Source: a plasmid. From it: 57,553 nucleotides of DNA. Shown one piece after another: positions 20,140-29,869 of the stretch. The notes under the pieces were generated by a model. That model saw only the letters and a program-made list of their open reading frames with translations. It made no database searches and was not told the DNA's origin. The translations under genes and the position numbers were made by a program. Every line of letters starts with the position of its first letter. The first letter of the stretch is position 1. The stretch is from sequence record NZ_CP045973.1; one strand, written 5' to 3'.

Positions 20140-20168
20140 TTGACCGATTAAATTTGATGTGCTATTAT
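20140..20168 (+). promoter_or_regulatory. sigma-A promoter (TTGACC -17- TGcTATTAT) driving a long leader
   Basis: -35 at 20140-20145, extended -10 at 20160-20168. Confidence 0.5.
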
Positions 20169-20177
20169 GAAACTAAC

Positions 20178-20384
20178 TTTACAAGACAAGTTGATAAAAG
20201 ACGACAACTTAATATGAAAGCTTTGATTAGGGGCGTTTGAGCTAATCATTGTGATCTGAACAGGCGGTGAACGTAACACGAGGTTCATGCAGCTGGGCTG
20301 CAATTATTTGCGGCAGCAGACTATGTATTCTAAGGGCATATCTGTGGGACAGTTAATTCTGTTCTACGGGTATGCCCTTTTTTA
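20178..20384 (+). ncRNA. structured ~200-nt 5' leader; candidate metal-sensing riboswitch (NiCo/czcD-class suspected) ending in intrinsic terminator
   Basis: Multiple helices ('ggugaacg...cgagguucaug', 'gcagc ugg gcugc', 'gaacag...cuguuc'), G-rich junctions 'ggcggug','gcggcagcag'; upstream of Co/Zn/Cd P1B-4 ATPase. Confidence 0.35.
20333..20384 (+). terminator. leader terminator (expression platform)
   Basis: 'agggcaua ...uaugcccu'+UUUUUU. Confidence 0.5.
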
Positions 20385-20482
20385 ATACAGAAAAATAAGT
20401 GGAAAAGGAGGGAGACCGCTCTTTAAGCCAGTTGTCTGTGATATGTGATAGAATAAAAATAATGATGAAAGAAGGGAATAAC

Positions 20483-22366
20483 ATGATCAGTTATTTAATA
20501 AAGAGTAGGCAGGGCCAGTTTTTAGCTATCGGTATTTTGTTTGCCGCAGCTGGCTTTATATTTGGAACGATGAATAGTGAGTACAGTCGCTGGCTTTTCT
20601 ATGCTGCTATATTTTTCTTAGGCTTTTATGCGTCCAAAAATGCGATCGTAGAAACAGTGCGCTACAAGTCGCCCAACGTGGATCTACTTATTATCCTCGC
20701 TGCACTTGGTGCTGTGATCTTTGATTTTGAATCAGAAGGAGCAGCCTTACTACTAATTTTTGCCGCAGCTGAAGTACTAGAAGATTATGCGAACAACAAA
20801 TCGACCTCAGCGATCTCGGAATTGATGGCTCAGGTACCTGAAACAGCTCAAGTCTTGAAAGAAAATGGTGAAGTGGTAACCGTTCCTACTGAAGACCTGA
20901 ATGTAGGGGAAAGGGTCGTCGTTTCTAAAGGGGAACAGATCCCGATCGACGGAATCATTGACCGCAAATCGATCGTCAATGAATCAGCTCTCACTGGCGA
21001 ATCGGTTCCTGTCGTGAAAGAGGCCGAAGATGAAGTGTTCGCAGGAACGATCAATGAAGGCGACGTTTTTTATATCGATGTAACCAAATCCAGCGATGAA
21101 ACAGTCTTCTCCAATATCATTCGGATGGTCGAAGAAGCGCAGAGCCGTCCTTCACGCATCTCTAAATTCATTGACCGGATAGAGAGCAAGTATGTTATTT
21201 CTGTACTAGTTATCGTGCCGATTTTCATCGTTGTGATGTATGCATTGATGGATCTGCCATTCGAAGAAGCCTTTTATCGCGGTATGGTCTTTCTAACAGT
21301 CGCCAGTCCCTGTGCCTTAGTCGCTTCGGCCACGCCAGCAACGTTGAGTGCGATCAGTAATGGAGCAAAAAACGGGATTTTATTCAAAGGGGGGGCTGCA
21401 ATGGAAGCTTTGAGCACGATGGATATCTTATACACAGACAAGACAGGCACGCTGACTTATGGTGAATTCAAGGTCGATGAATACAGTGCTCCCGATGATG
21501 TATTGAAAGAAGTGATCTATATGGAACAGCAGTCGAGTCATCCGATCGCTCGAGCTATCGTGACGGCGTTTAAAGAGACGGATCTGAGTTCAGTCGATCA
21601 TAATGAACCTGTTAGTGAAATAGCCGGTTCCGGTATCAAGAAAGGCACAGTAAGGGTGGGAAAACCTTCAGCCTTCAGTACATTCAAAAACTACGATCGC
21701 TTCAAGCAGTACTTCCAAAAAGGCAACACGATCATTCTCGCAGCAAAAGAAGAGGAGGTCGTTGGTTACTTTTCACTCAGTGACCAGATTCGCAGACAGT
21801 CGGCAGATGCCGTGGCTAACTTCCAGAAAGAAGGCATTAAAGTCACGTTATTAACGGGTGATAACGAAGAAGTGACAGAGACGGTAGCAGAGGTCGTCGG
21901 TGTCGATGACTATAAAGCGTCCATGTTGCCGGAAGACAAGATCGCCTATGTCAGGGAGAGTCAGGATAAGGAAGAAGTGGTCGGCATGATCGGTGACGGG
22001 ATCAATGATGCGCCAGCTCTGGCAAATGCAGATATCGGGATCGCGATGGGCAGCGGTTCCTCTGTGGCGATGGAATCATCCGATGTCGTTGTCGTTAAAA
22101 ATGACTTGTCGAAACTGTTCTACAGTTACAAGTTGAGTAAGAAACTGAACAAAATCATTTTGCAGAATGTGATTTTCTCGATCAGCGTGATCGTGACCTT
22201 GATCGTCTTGAACCTCTTTGGCGTATTAGGACTTCCACTAGCGGTATTATTCCATGAAGGGTCAACAATACTCGTTATTCTTAATGGTCTCCGTCTACTT
22301 GGATCTAAAGGTCCGAAGCAAGAAGAGAGAGTCTCGGATCCATCTTTAAAGTCTGTAAAGGTTTAA
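20483..22366 (+). CDS. P1B-4-type heavy-metal (Co/Zn/Cd) P-type ATPase
   Basis: 'SPC' TM metal motif ('VASPCALV'), 'DKTGTLT', '[10 protein letters not shown]'; no N-terminal CxxC metal-binding domain; start uncertain (20399/20462/20483). Confidence 0.85.
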   Translation: MISYLIKSRQGQFLAIGILFAAAGFIFGTMNSEYSRWLFYAAIFFLGFYASKNAIVETVRYKSPNVDLLIILAALGAVIFDFESEGAALLLIFAAAEVLEDYANNKSTSAISELMAQVPETAQVLKENGEVVTVPTEDLNVGERVVVSKGEQIPIDGIIDRKSIVNESALTGESVPVVKEAEDEVFAGTINEGDVFYIDVTKSSDETVFSNIIRMVEEAQSRPSRISKFIDRIESKYVISVLVIVPIFIVVMYALMDLPFEEAFYRGMVFLTVASPCALVASATPATLSAISNGAKNGILFKGGAAMEALSTMDILYTDKTGTLTYGEFKVDEYSAPDDVLKEVIYMEQQSSHPIARAIVTAFKETDLSSVDHNEPVSEIAGSGIKKGTVRVGKPSAFSTFKNYDRFKQYFQKGNTIILAAKEEEVVGYFSLSDQIRRQSADAVANFQKEGIKVTLLTGDNEEVTETVAEVVGVDDYKASMLPEDKIAYVRESQDKEEVVGMIGDGINDAPALANADIGIAMGSGSSVAMESSDVVVVKNDLSKLFYSYKLSKKLNKIILQNVIFSISVIVTLIVLNLFGVLGLPLAVLFHEGSTILVILNGLRLLGSKGPKQEERVSDPSLKSVKV

Positions 22367-22431
22367 ACTGAACATTTTATGAAAGAAAGCCCCTGAGACT
22401 GATCAAACAGACTTGGGGGCTTTCTAGTGTT

Positions 22432-23235
22432 GGTTCTGTTGCGAAGTTTGAAAATCAAACGCGCCCTCTCTGAACTCCAAATATCTTAGGCTGTTATTCC
22501 CATTAATACCTTGATTTCAGTAGACACCGAAAAGCCGAAGAGCGTTCCATTTCTTCGGTTCTTTTTATATATTCCTCGAATGGTCTCCATGCCCTTAATC
22601 GTGGAAGAGGCTGTACGGAGACTTTGATAAAATTTATTTCGTCGTTTAATAGGTCGATGGTCTTGTTCTATTAAATTGTTAAGATACTTCACAGTTCGGT
22701 GCTCTGTCTTAGTATATAAACCCACACTCTGTAACTTTCTAAAGGCGGAGCCAAGAGAAGGTGCTTTATCGGTCACAATTGCTTTCGGCTCACCAAACTG
22801 TTTATGGAGTCGTTTTAAGAAAGCATAGGCTGCTTGCGTATCCCGTTTCTTTCGTAACCAGATATCTAAGGTTAAGCCGTCCGCATCAATTGCACGATAA
22901 AGATAATGCCAACGTCCCTTAATTTTGATATAGGTTTCGTCCATTTTCCATGAATAGAAGGATTGTCTATTTTTCTTCTTCCAAAGATAATAGAGGACTT
23001 TGCTGTACTCTTGCACCCAACGATAAATCGTAGTATGACAAACATTTATTCCACGATCATATAACAATTCCTGAACTTCACGATAGCTTAGATTGTAACG
23101 CAGGTAGTAACCAACAGCGACAATAATGACGTCTTTTTTGAATTGTTTGCCTTTAAAATGATTACTCTGTCCTCTCTGTCTTTTTTCTCAATTTTACACT
23201 AAAATAGATTTTTTGGAAAACTTTGCAACAGAACC
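22432..23235. mobile_element. IS6-family element, copy 3
   Basis: IRs 'ggttctgttgcgaagttt' (22432-22449) and 'ggaaaactttgcaacagaacc' (23215-23235). Confidence 0.85.
22486..23067 (-). CDS. IS6-family transposase; canonical ATG start appears lost (N-terminal 'NHFKGKQFKK...' is in frame but no start codon)
   Basis: In-frame N-terminal residues continue to 23163 but preceded by TGA without ATG/GTG/TTG; rest identical in style to copies 1/2. Confidence 0.7.
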   Translation of the reverse strand: MLYDRGINVCHTTIYRWVQEYSKVLYYLWKKKNRQSFYSWKMDETYIKIKGRWHYLYRAIDADGLTLDIWLRKKRDTQAAYAFLKRLHKQFGEPKAIVTDKAPSLGSAFRKLQSVGLYTKTEHRTVKYLNNLIEQDHRPIKRRNKFYQSLRTASSTIKGMETIRGIYKKNRRNGTLFGFSVSTEIKVLMGITA

Positions 23236-23238
23236 AAA

Positions 23239-23394
23239 AAAGTAGTTCAAATTATCCCTAAAATAAAAAGCATTTCTAAAGACGGCGAAAAATATTTATA
23301 TGAATTTAAACCAGATCATATTTATCAAAAACTAAGTACATTAAATGAAAGAGAGCTTGAATCTCTAGAACATGTATTAGGTTTAGAATTTTAA
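23239..23394 (+). pseudogene. 3' remnant (~51 codons) of an unknown gene truncated by IS6 copy 3
   Basis: Frame opens immediately after IS6 IR: '...KVVQIIPKIKSISKDGEKYLYEFKPDHIYQKLSTLNERELESLEHVLGLEF*'. Confidence 0.3.
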
Positions 23395-23396
23395 TT

Positions 23397-23606
23397 TGCT
23401 TATTTTTAATGGCCAATAGAGTATGCCTTAACGCCCAATTGTCTAATAAAAGTTTCAGCCAAATAGAAAATGGACGAATAAGTTGCGCATATAATAATTG
23501 TTTTATAGTGGGCAAAAAATACGGGTTGTATGATGCTACCAATAAGATACTTATTCTCATTTTTGTTGAGATACCGATAAATATCTGTTCCCTGTTTTGT
23601 AATAAG
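23397..23606 (-). pseudogene. remnant carrying a serine-recombinase (resolvase) C-terminal HTH segment
   Basis: Minus-strand translation '...TDIYRYLNKNENKYLIG' and ~45 bp of DNA (23543-23600) ~85% identical to 3' end of resolvase 26920..27498 (26911-26968). Confidence 0.35.
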
Positions 23607-23611
23607 ATTAT

Positions 23612-25465
23612 TTAATTATTTTTTTCTATATACCATTTTTTTGATATCTTAGCACTATTACCATCTGTATTAGGTATTGCCTCACCAAATGAAGTTAACA
23701 TGGGAATTCGTATTGCTGAGCCGAAAACGAGAGCATGCCCTGTTTGTAAATAAGTCAAACGATCAATTGTGTCTCTATCAATATATGGAACCATTCGAGA
23801 TATATAATTTAAATCATCAGGATTTTGAATTCTATGAACGATAAAATTACTACATTGAGAAACTACCGTTTTTGATAAATCACTAGGTCTTTGTGTAGAA
23901 ACACACATCAAAAATCCATATTTTCTACCTTCTTTTGAAATTCTTTGAAATATATCAAAATCATATGTCCCATGTGAAAGAGTATTATCTTTTATATACC
24001 TATGTGCTTCTTCAATAAATAAGTTTATAGGTTTATCTGCTTTTTTTTGATGCCCTTTTTGATAATCTAAAATTATTTTAGCTAGCACTCTTATAAGAAC
24101 CTCCGCCATTGAATCATTCATAGCACTTATATCTATGTTTACAATATTACTATTGTCCAAAAACTTCTCAAAAAAAGATTCTTTATTTTTAAATTGAGTT
24201 ACATTGAAAATCCTACTAAAAGATGACTCTACTAAACTTTGCATTCTAGAAACTAATGGCGCGGTGTATTCTTGTACTCTTTGACTATTCAAGCTTCCTT
24301 CATATAAAATGGCAAATTTCATAGCAGTTAAAAAATTATTAGGTGAAAAACGTACTAATTGGTCAAATTTAAATTCTTCCATTTGAGTAAAATTTACATA
24401 TGATTGTAAAAAAGAGATGATTTTTTCAATATCGTCCATTTTTCCATAGGCCACATTTATACTATTTCTTAAAGTTTTTTCATCATTGATTTTTGTGTCT
24501 AGATTAATGCTCTGAGTTTGGAAGTTTGATAATAATGAACTTACTTTATCTGCTTTAGATGGGGATGATTCAGAGCTATTTAACATAGCTATGATAGTAG
24601 AAGCTAGTATATGGTTCTTAGCATCTTCAGAATTACTATTATCCGAAAAGAAAATTTGAACTACTTCCATTGTTTTCCTTAAAACTGGAATTTGGGTTTT
24701 TTCTGATGCATTTAGCAAAATAGCCCAATCATCTACTGATAACAGCCAAATTGGAACTTCAAAATTATCCTCGTCTGAAAGTGGTTTAATGAATTGGCAC
24801 TTAATATCATTATTATTTTCTTCTATTTTAGAAAAAGATTTTTGATATTCACCATTGGAATCAATCAGGATTAATCTAGATCCAAGTGCTGAATAATTTG
24901 ACTTTAAATATATATTTTGAATTATTCTTGCAATGGAGTTAGACTTACCTGCTCCAGTATTTCCAAATATAGCCGAATGGTAGCCAAAAAACTTATCTAA
25001 ATCTACTTTCACATCGTATTCTGAGAATAAAACTGATTTTCCTAATGAAAATGTTGCAACTCTAGTATTACCATCAGAAACGTTAATTTCAGAATTCTTT
25101 ACATCTAACATGATATCTAATTCTTCGTTTGTAACAATGTGAACTTCAGAATAAAGTAGAGGCATTTTAGATACCCCAAAAAAGAACTCATTATTAGTAA
25201 TCTCACCTATCAATCTTAAAGAAATAACTCTACTAGCATTAGGTTTAGCTAACGGAGCACTGGAAATATGTCGAGAACTTTCGGCAGATAATACTTCGGC
25301 TATCAGAGTTCGACCTAATTCGTAAATTGATACATATGTTCCAATCTCTCCAACAAACCTAGTTTCATCCAATGTATTTATATAATTATCTATATTATTA
25401 AATACTTCTGCTAATACTATGGAATTTTTAATAAGGATTAGCCTTCCAATAGAACGATTATTCAT
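23612..25465 (-). CDS. herA: HerA-like (FtsK/HerA superfamily) ATPase, partner of SIR2 protein
   Basis: 617 aa; Walker A 'GNTGAGKSNS', Walker B 'INLFIEEAHRY'; start overlaps stop of upstream SIR2 gene by 8 nt. Confidence 0.75.
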   Translation of the reverse strand: MNNRSIGRLILIKNSIVLAEVFNNIDNYINTLDETRFVGEIGTYVSIYELGRTLIAEVLSAESSRHISSAPLAKPNASRVISLRLIGEITNNEFFFGVSKMPLLYSEVHIVTNEELDIMLDVKNSEINVSDGNTRVATFSLGKSVLFSEYDVKVDLDKFFGYHSAIFGNTGAGKSNSIARIIQNIYLKSNYSALGSRLILIDSNGEYQKSFSKIEENNNDIKCQFIKPLSDEDNFEVPIWLLSVDDWAILLNASEKTQIPVLRKTMEVVQIFFSDNSNSEDAKNHILASTIIAMLNSSESSPSKADKVSSLLSNFQTQSINLDTKINDEKTLRNSINVAYGKMDDIEKIISFLQSYVNFTQMEEFKFDQLVRFSPNNFLTAMKFAILYEGSLNSQRVQEYTAPLVSRMQSLVESSFSRIFNVTQFKNKESFFEKFLDNSNIVNIDISAMNDSMAEVLIRVLAKIILDYQKGHQKKADKPINLFIEEAHRYIKDNTLSHGTYDFDIFQRISKEGRKYGFLMCVSTQRPSDLSKTVVSQCSNFIVHRIQNPDDLNYISRMVPYIDRDTIDRLTYLQTGHALVFGSAIRIPMLTSFGEAIPNTDGNSAKISKKWYIEKNN

Positions 25466-26669
25466 TTATATTTCCTCCGTTTTCCCTTATTTCTGAGAAA
25501 ACTTTGTTTATTTGTTCAGAAATTTTTTGTTTTTCCTGTTCTTCGCTTGGGATAGCCGGCATTAACTTCTCAACAAAATTATTAAAATAATGAATTTTAT
25601 TTTTTGAATTAATGATAGTAATTCTACTATCATCCATATTTTTAATTTTCCCTATATTGGTCTCTATTTTCTCATCAGCATTATTTTCGTATTCAGTATC
25701 GCCTAAGATGATTAGCCTAAAAGAAGGAATTGATAAATTATTTAGTATTATTCGATTGATGTGATCGTCGCCAAAGCTGTAACCTAGTGTAATTAATACA
25801 CTATTCTTTTGGGTTAAATTATCTTGAAACGATCGCATTAAATCTGTATAGGGTACCATTAAGGTACTTCTATCTTTTAAAGGTGTTGGATATATCATCA
25901 CATTCTCAAGAGAACTTTTATCTATTTCTTTCATGGATATTTCATATATCTTATCTTCGCTTTTTTTCCATGAAATAGATCCGTGAATTTTATACAAATT
26001 ATAAAAATGATCAACTCTGTTCCATACATCCTTATTTAAATTCATATTGTCCACATACATATATCTATACATATTTGGGTTGAATGTTCTCATATATGAA
26101 CCAGTAAATCCGCTATTATAAATAAAATTCAATTCATCCAATGCACGCTCATTATACATATCATAATTTGTAGTTACTATATTAATTGGACTTTTTCTAC
26201 TTGAAGAAATTGTTTTTAAATAAAGCTTTTTGTATATTTCAGATAGCTCCTTGCAATCCATGCCTTGAGTAATTTTATCTGTAATGAATTTTTTAACAAT
26301 ATTAATCTTTTTATCAATTTCTTTATCAATTTCCTTAATATGATTTACTTGTCTGAGCGCATTCATGAAATCCATCAGTTCTTCAAGATTTCGGTTAACT
26401 TTATCTTCTATACCAACACCCAATATTTCGAAATCTGGGTTTGATTTTATGAAGTCTTTAAAAAGACCAGCCATTGTAGATATAGCTGCTTCTTCATTAT
26501 CGATATAAAAGCTAGAGCAACCTGCACCCATTAATATAGAAAGATTTTCCATTTGTAATGCTTGAGCAATGGTTTTTTGTACATCACTTAGAGATTTTTT
26601 TACTTTATTAGCTCCTTGGTAGTAATTAATTTCTTCATCAATTTGATTCAAACCTAATCCCTCCAACAA
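25458..26669 (-). CDS. SIR2-like (sirtuin-fold, NAD+-binding) protein of SIR2-HerA defence pair
   Basis: 'LMGAGCSSF' GAGxS Rossmann motif, 'VTTNYDMYNE' and 'KIHGSISW' (N/D and His of sirtuin catalytic core); likely start TTG 26654 after GGAGGGA RBS. Confidence 0.7.
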   Translation of the reverse strand: MLEGLGLNQIDEEINYYQGANKVKKSLSDVQKTIAQALQMENLSILMGAGCSSFYIDNEEAAISTMAGLFKDFIKSNPDFEILGVGIEDKVNRNLEELMDFMNALRQVNHIKEIDKEIDKKINIVKKFITDKITQGMDCKELSEIYKKLYLKTISSSRKSPINIVTTNYDMYNERALDELNFIYNSGFTGSYMRTFNPNMYRYMYVDNMNLNKDVWNRVDHFYNLYKIHGSISWKKSEDKIYEISMKEIDKSSLENVMIYPTPLKDRSTLMVPYTDLMRSFQDNLTQKNSVLITLGYSFGDDHINRIILNNLSIPSFRLIILGDTEYENNADEKIETNIGKIKNMDDSRITIINSKNKIHYFNNFVEKLMPAIPSEEQEKQKISEQINKVFSEIRENGGNINE

Positions 26670-26919
26670 CTATAAATACTTTATAACAATTATATCATTA
26701 TTAAATACATTTTTTCCTATAGTTCTTTTTTTAGTCAGGCGAATAAGTTATGTATTAGAATAGAAGGAAGTAGAAATCTATGCTCTAATTTAGTGAAAAA
26801 TTTGTGGACCCTGCTATAATGATACTCGATTAACATAGGTAGATAAACGTGAATCGAGTATTTTTTACTTGAAACGGCAAGACAAATTTGGCTTAAGCAC
26901 AACGCGGCTAATAAGATAT

Positions 26920-27498
26920 TTATTCGCTCTGATTTTTGTTGAGATATCGATAAATCGTTGTTCGCGAAACATTCCAGCGTGCAGCAATTGTTTTAATGGG
27001 AGTTCCATTATCAATGAGGGTTCGCATTAAAGCCAGATCTTCTGCTGTTAGTTTTTCCGGCCGGCCACCAAAACGACCTCTTGCCCGAGCAGCTTCTCTT
27101 CCTGCTGCAGAACGTTCTAAAATCAAATTCCGTTCAAATTCTGCGAAAGCAGCGAACAAATGAAAGATAAGCTGGCCGGTGGAACTGGATTTATTCATCG
27201 TAATATTTTCTTGGAGACTATGAAAACTGATCCCATTATCATTTAGTTGATTGACAACACGAATAAGATCTTCCATATTCCTACCTAATCGATCTAAACG
27301 CCAAACCACAATCGTATCTCCAGAACGACAAAAATCAATCGCAGCGTCCAATCCAGGGCGTTTACTTTTTGCGCCACTGATATGATCCTGGAAAATTTTC
27401 TCACAACCATCTTTTTCTAAACTATCGATTTGTAAATCTAAATTTTGTAAGCCAGTTGAAACTCGTGCATACCCAATTTTCAATTTCGTCACATCCAT
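26920..27498 (-). CDS. serine recombinase (resolvase/invertase family)
   Basis: 'IGYARVSTGLQNLDLQ' catalytic Ser region; C-terminal HTH. Confidence 0.85.
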   Translation of the reverse strand: MDVTKLKIGYARVSTGLQNLDLQIDSLEKDGCEKIFQDHISGAKSKRPGLDAAIDFCRSGDTIVVWRLDRLGRNMEDLIRVVNQLNDNGISFHSLQENITMNKSSSTGQLIFHLFAAFAEFERNLILERSAAGREAARARGRFGGRPEKLTAEDLALMRTLIDNGTPIKTIAARWNVSRTTIYRYLNKNQSE

Positions 27499-27760
27499 AA
27501 ATTTATTTTTCTGTTCTTAGTGTAACATATCTTTATTTCGATAGATATAATGGACATAGATTTATTGATGGCTTATTGAACATACAAATGGATCAAAATG
27601 AGTGTAAAAAAGATATATTAACTAGGTGTACAGAAAATGGTTATTTTCTGTACACTACAAAATAAAAAAGTCAAATGGTATATACCCCTATACTGTATAT
27701 GTTATACTCAAATTGTCTTATTACTATCTTTAAAAATATAAAATTAGGAGGTTTAATTTT

Positions 27761-29855
27761 GTCGAATAACAAAAAACACCAAAATCATGAGCATCATAGT
27801 CATCAAGAACATGAAAATCACACTAGTCATGGTAATCATGAGCATCATAGTCATCAAGAACATGAAAATCACACTAGTCATGGTAATCATGAACATCACC
27901 ATCATGGAAATTTTAAAAGTAAATTCTTTATTTCTTTGATTTTTGCGATACCGATTATTATTTTATCGCCCATGATGGGAGTTAAATTACCGTTTCAAAT
28001 TTCATTTACAGGGTCAGATTGGATTGTATTAATTCTTGCTACAATTTTATTCTTTTACGGAGGAAAGCCATTTTTATCAGGGGCTAAAGATGAAATTTCA
28101 ACTAAAAAACCTGGAATGATGACGCTTGTTGCTCTAGGTATTTCAGTAGCTTATATTTATAGTTTATACGCCTTTTATATGAATAACTTCAGTGGTTCAT
28201 CCACACATACAATGGACTTTTTCTGGGAATTAGCGACTTTAATTTTAATCATGTTATTAGGTCATTGGATTGAAATGAACGCAGTAGGTAATGCAGGCAA
28301 TGCACTGAAGAAAATGGCAGAACTTTTACCTAATACTGCAGTGAAGCTGATTGATAACAATCAACGAGAAGAAGTTAAAATATCAGATATTCATATTGAC
28401 GATATTGTGGAAGTCAGAGCAGGCGAAAGTATACCCACAGACGGAATCATTGTTCAAGGAGAAACATCAATTGACGAATCATTAGTTACTGGCGAATCAA
28501 AAAAAGTTCATAAAACTCATAATGATGATGTTATTGGAGGTTCAATTAATGGTTCAGGTACAGTACAAGTTAAAGTGACTGCTACGGGTGAAAATGGCTA
28601 CCTATCTCAAGTTATGGGTCTTGTTAACCAAGCTCAAAACGATAAGTCAAAAGCTGAACTCCTCTCTGATAAAGTCGCAGGTTATTTGTTTTACTTTGCA
28701 GTAAGTATTGGCCTGATTTCATTTATTGTATGGATGCTTATTCAAAACAACGTCGATTTCGCACTTGAACGGCTAGTAACCGTATTAGTCATTGCTTGTC
28801 CACATGCATTAGGCTTGGCAATACCTTTAGTTACAGCACGTTCTACCTCTATAGGCGCACATAATGGTTTAATCATTAAAAACAGAGAATCTGTAGAAAT
28901 CGCACAACACATTGATTACATCATGATGGATAAAACTGGGACACTAACTGAAGGTAACTTTTCAGTGAATCACTATGAAAGTTTTACAGACGAGTTAAAT
29001 AATGAAGAAATATTGAGTCTATTTGCTTCATTAGAAAGTAATTCTAATCATCCACTTGCCACTGGTATTGTTGATTTTGCTAAAGGCAAAAATATTTCAT
29101 ATGCTACTCCTCAAGAAGTTAATAATATTCCAGGTGTAGGCTTAGAAGGCACAGTTGATAATAAAAAACTCAAAATAGTGAATGTTTCTTATCTCGATAA
29201 AAGCAATTTTGATTATAATAAAGAACAATTTACGAATCTCGCTCAACAAGGGAATTCTATTAGTTATCTAATTCATGACCGACAAGTTATTGGTATTATC
29301 GCACAAGGCGATAAAATTAAAGAAAGTTCAAAACAAATGGTTTCGGATTTATTATCGAGAAACATTACGCCAGTCATGCTTACAGGCGATAATAAAGAAG
29401 TGGCACAAACAGTGGCTGAAGAATTAGGTATTAGTGATGTCCACGCGCAATTGATGCCCGAAGATAAAGAAAGTATTATCCAAGATTATCAAAGCAATGG
29501 TAGCAAAATCATGATGGTTGGTGATGGTATCAATGATGCGCCAAGCCTTATTAGAGCAGATATTGGTATGGCAATTGGCGCAGGGACAGATGTAGCTATT
29601 GAATCGGGGGATGTCATACTCGTTAAAAGTAATCCTTCTGATATTATCAATTTTTTGTCCCTTTCAAAAAATACGATGAAAAAAATGGTTCAAAATTTAT
29701 GGTGGGGCGCAGGATATAACGTGATTGCAGTTCCTCTTGCAGCTGGTATATTAGCTTCTATTGGTTTAATATTATCACCTGCTGTGGGTGCAATACTTAT
29801 GTCTTTAAGTACGATCATCGTAGCAATTAATGCATTTACATTAAAATTAAAATAA
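27761..29855 (+). CDS. copB: copper-exporting P1B-3-type ATPase with His-rich N-terminus (CopB-like)
   Basis: 'CPH' motif ('VIACPHALG'), 'DKTGTLT', '[10 protein letters not shown]'; TTG start after TAGGAGGT RBS (track gives 27675); ~33% GC staphylococcal-like. Confidence 0.85.
27786..27905 (+). repeat. 2.3 x 51-bp tandem repeat encoding [17 protein letters not shown]
   Basis: Exact duplicate units 27786-27836 and 27837-27887. Confidence 0.7.
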
Positions 29856-29869
29856 AAGAGGTAAATATA

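Noticed and set aside
23409-23615. 68-aa plus-strand ORF downstream of herA
   Set aside because: The same DNA on the minus strand encodes a resolvase C-terminal remnant homologous to 26911-26968. The plus-strand ORF is most likely spurious.
26826-26872. Hairpin tactcgatt...aatcgagta followed by T6 between SIR2 and the resolvase
   Set aside because: Oriented as a plus-strand terminator although no plus-strand gene lies upstream. It might insulate the region but the evidence is insufficient to call it.
27690-27730. Possible CsoR/CopY operator upstream of copB (atacccctatactgtat)
   Set aside because: It matches neither the CsoR consensus (ATACCC-N-GGGTAT) nor the cop-box TACAnnTGTA. Only a weak 6-bp inverted repeat is present, so this was not called.
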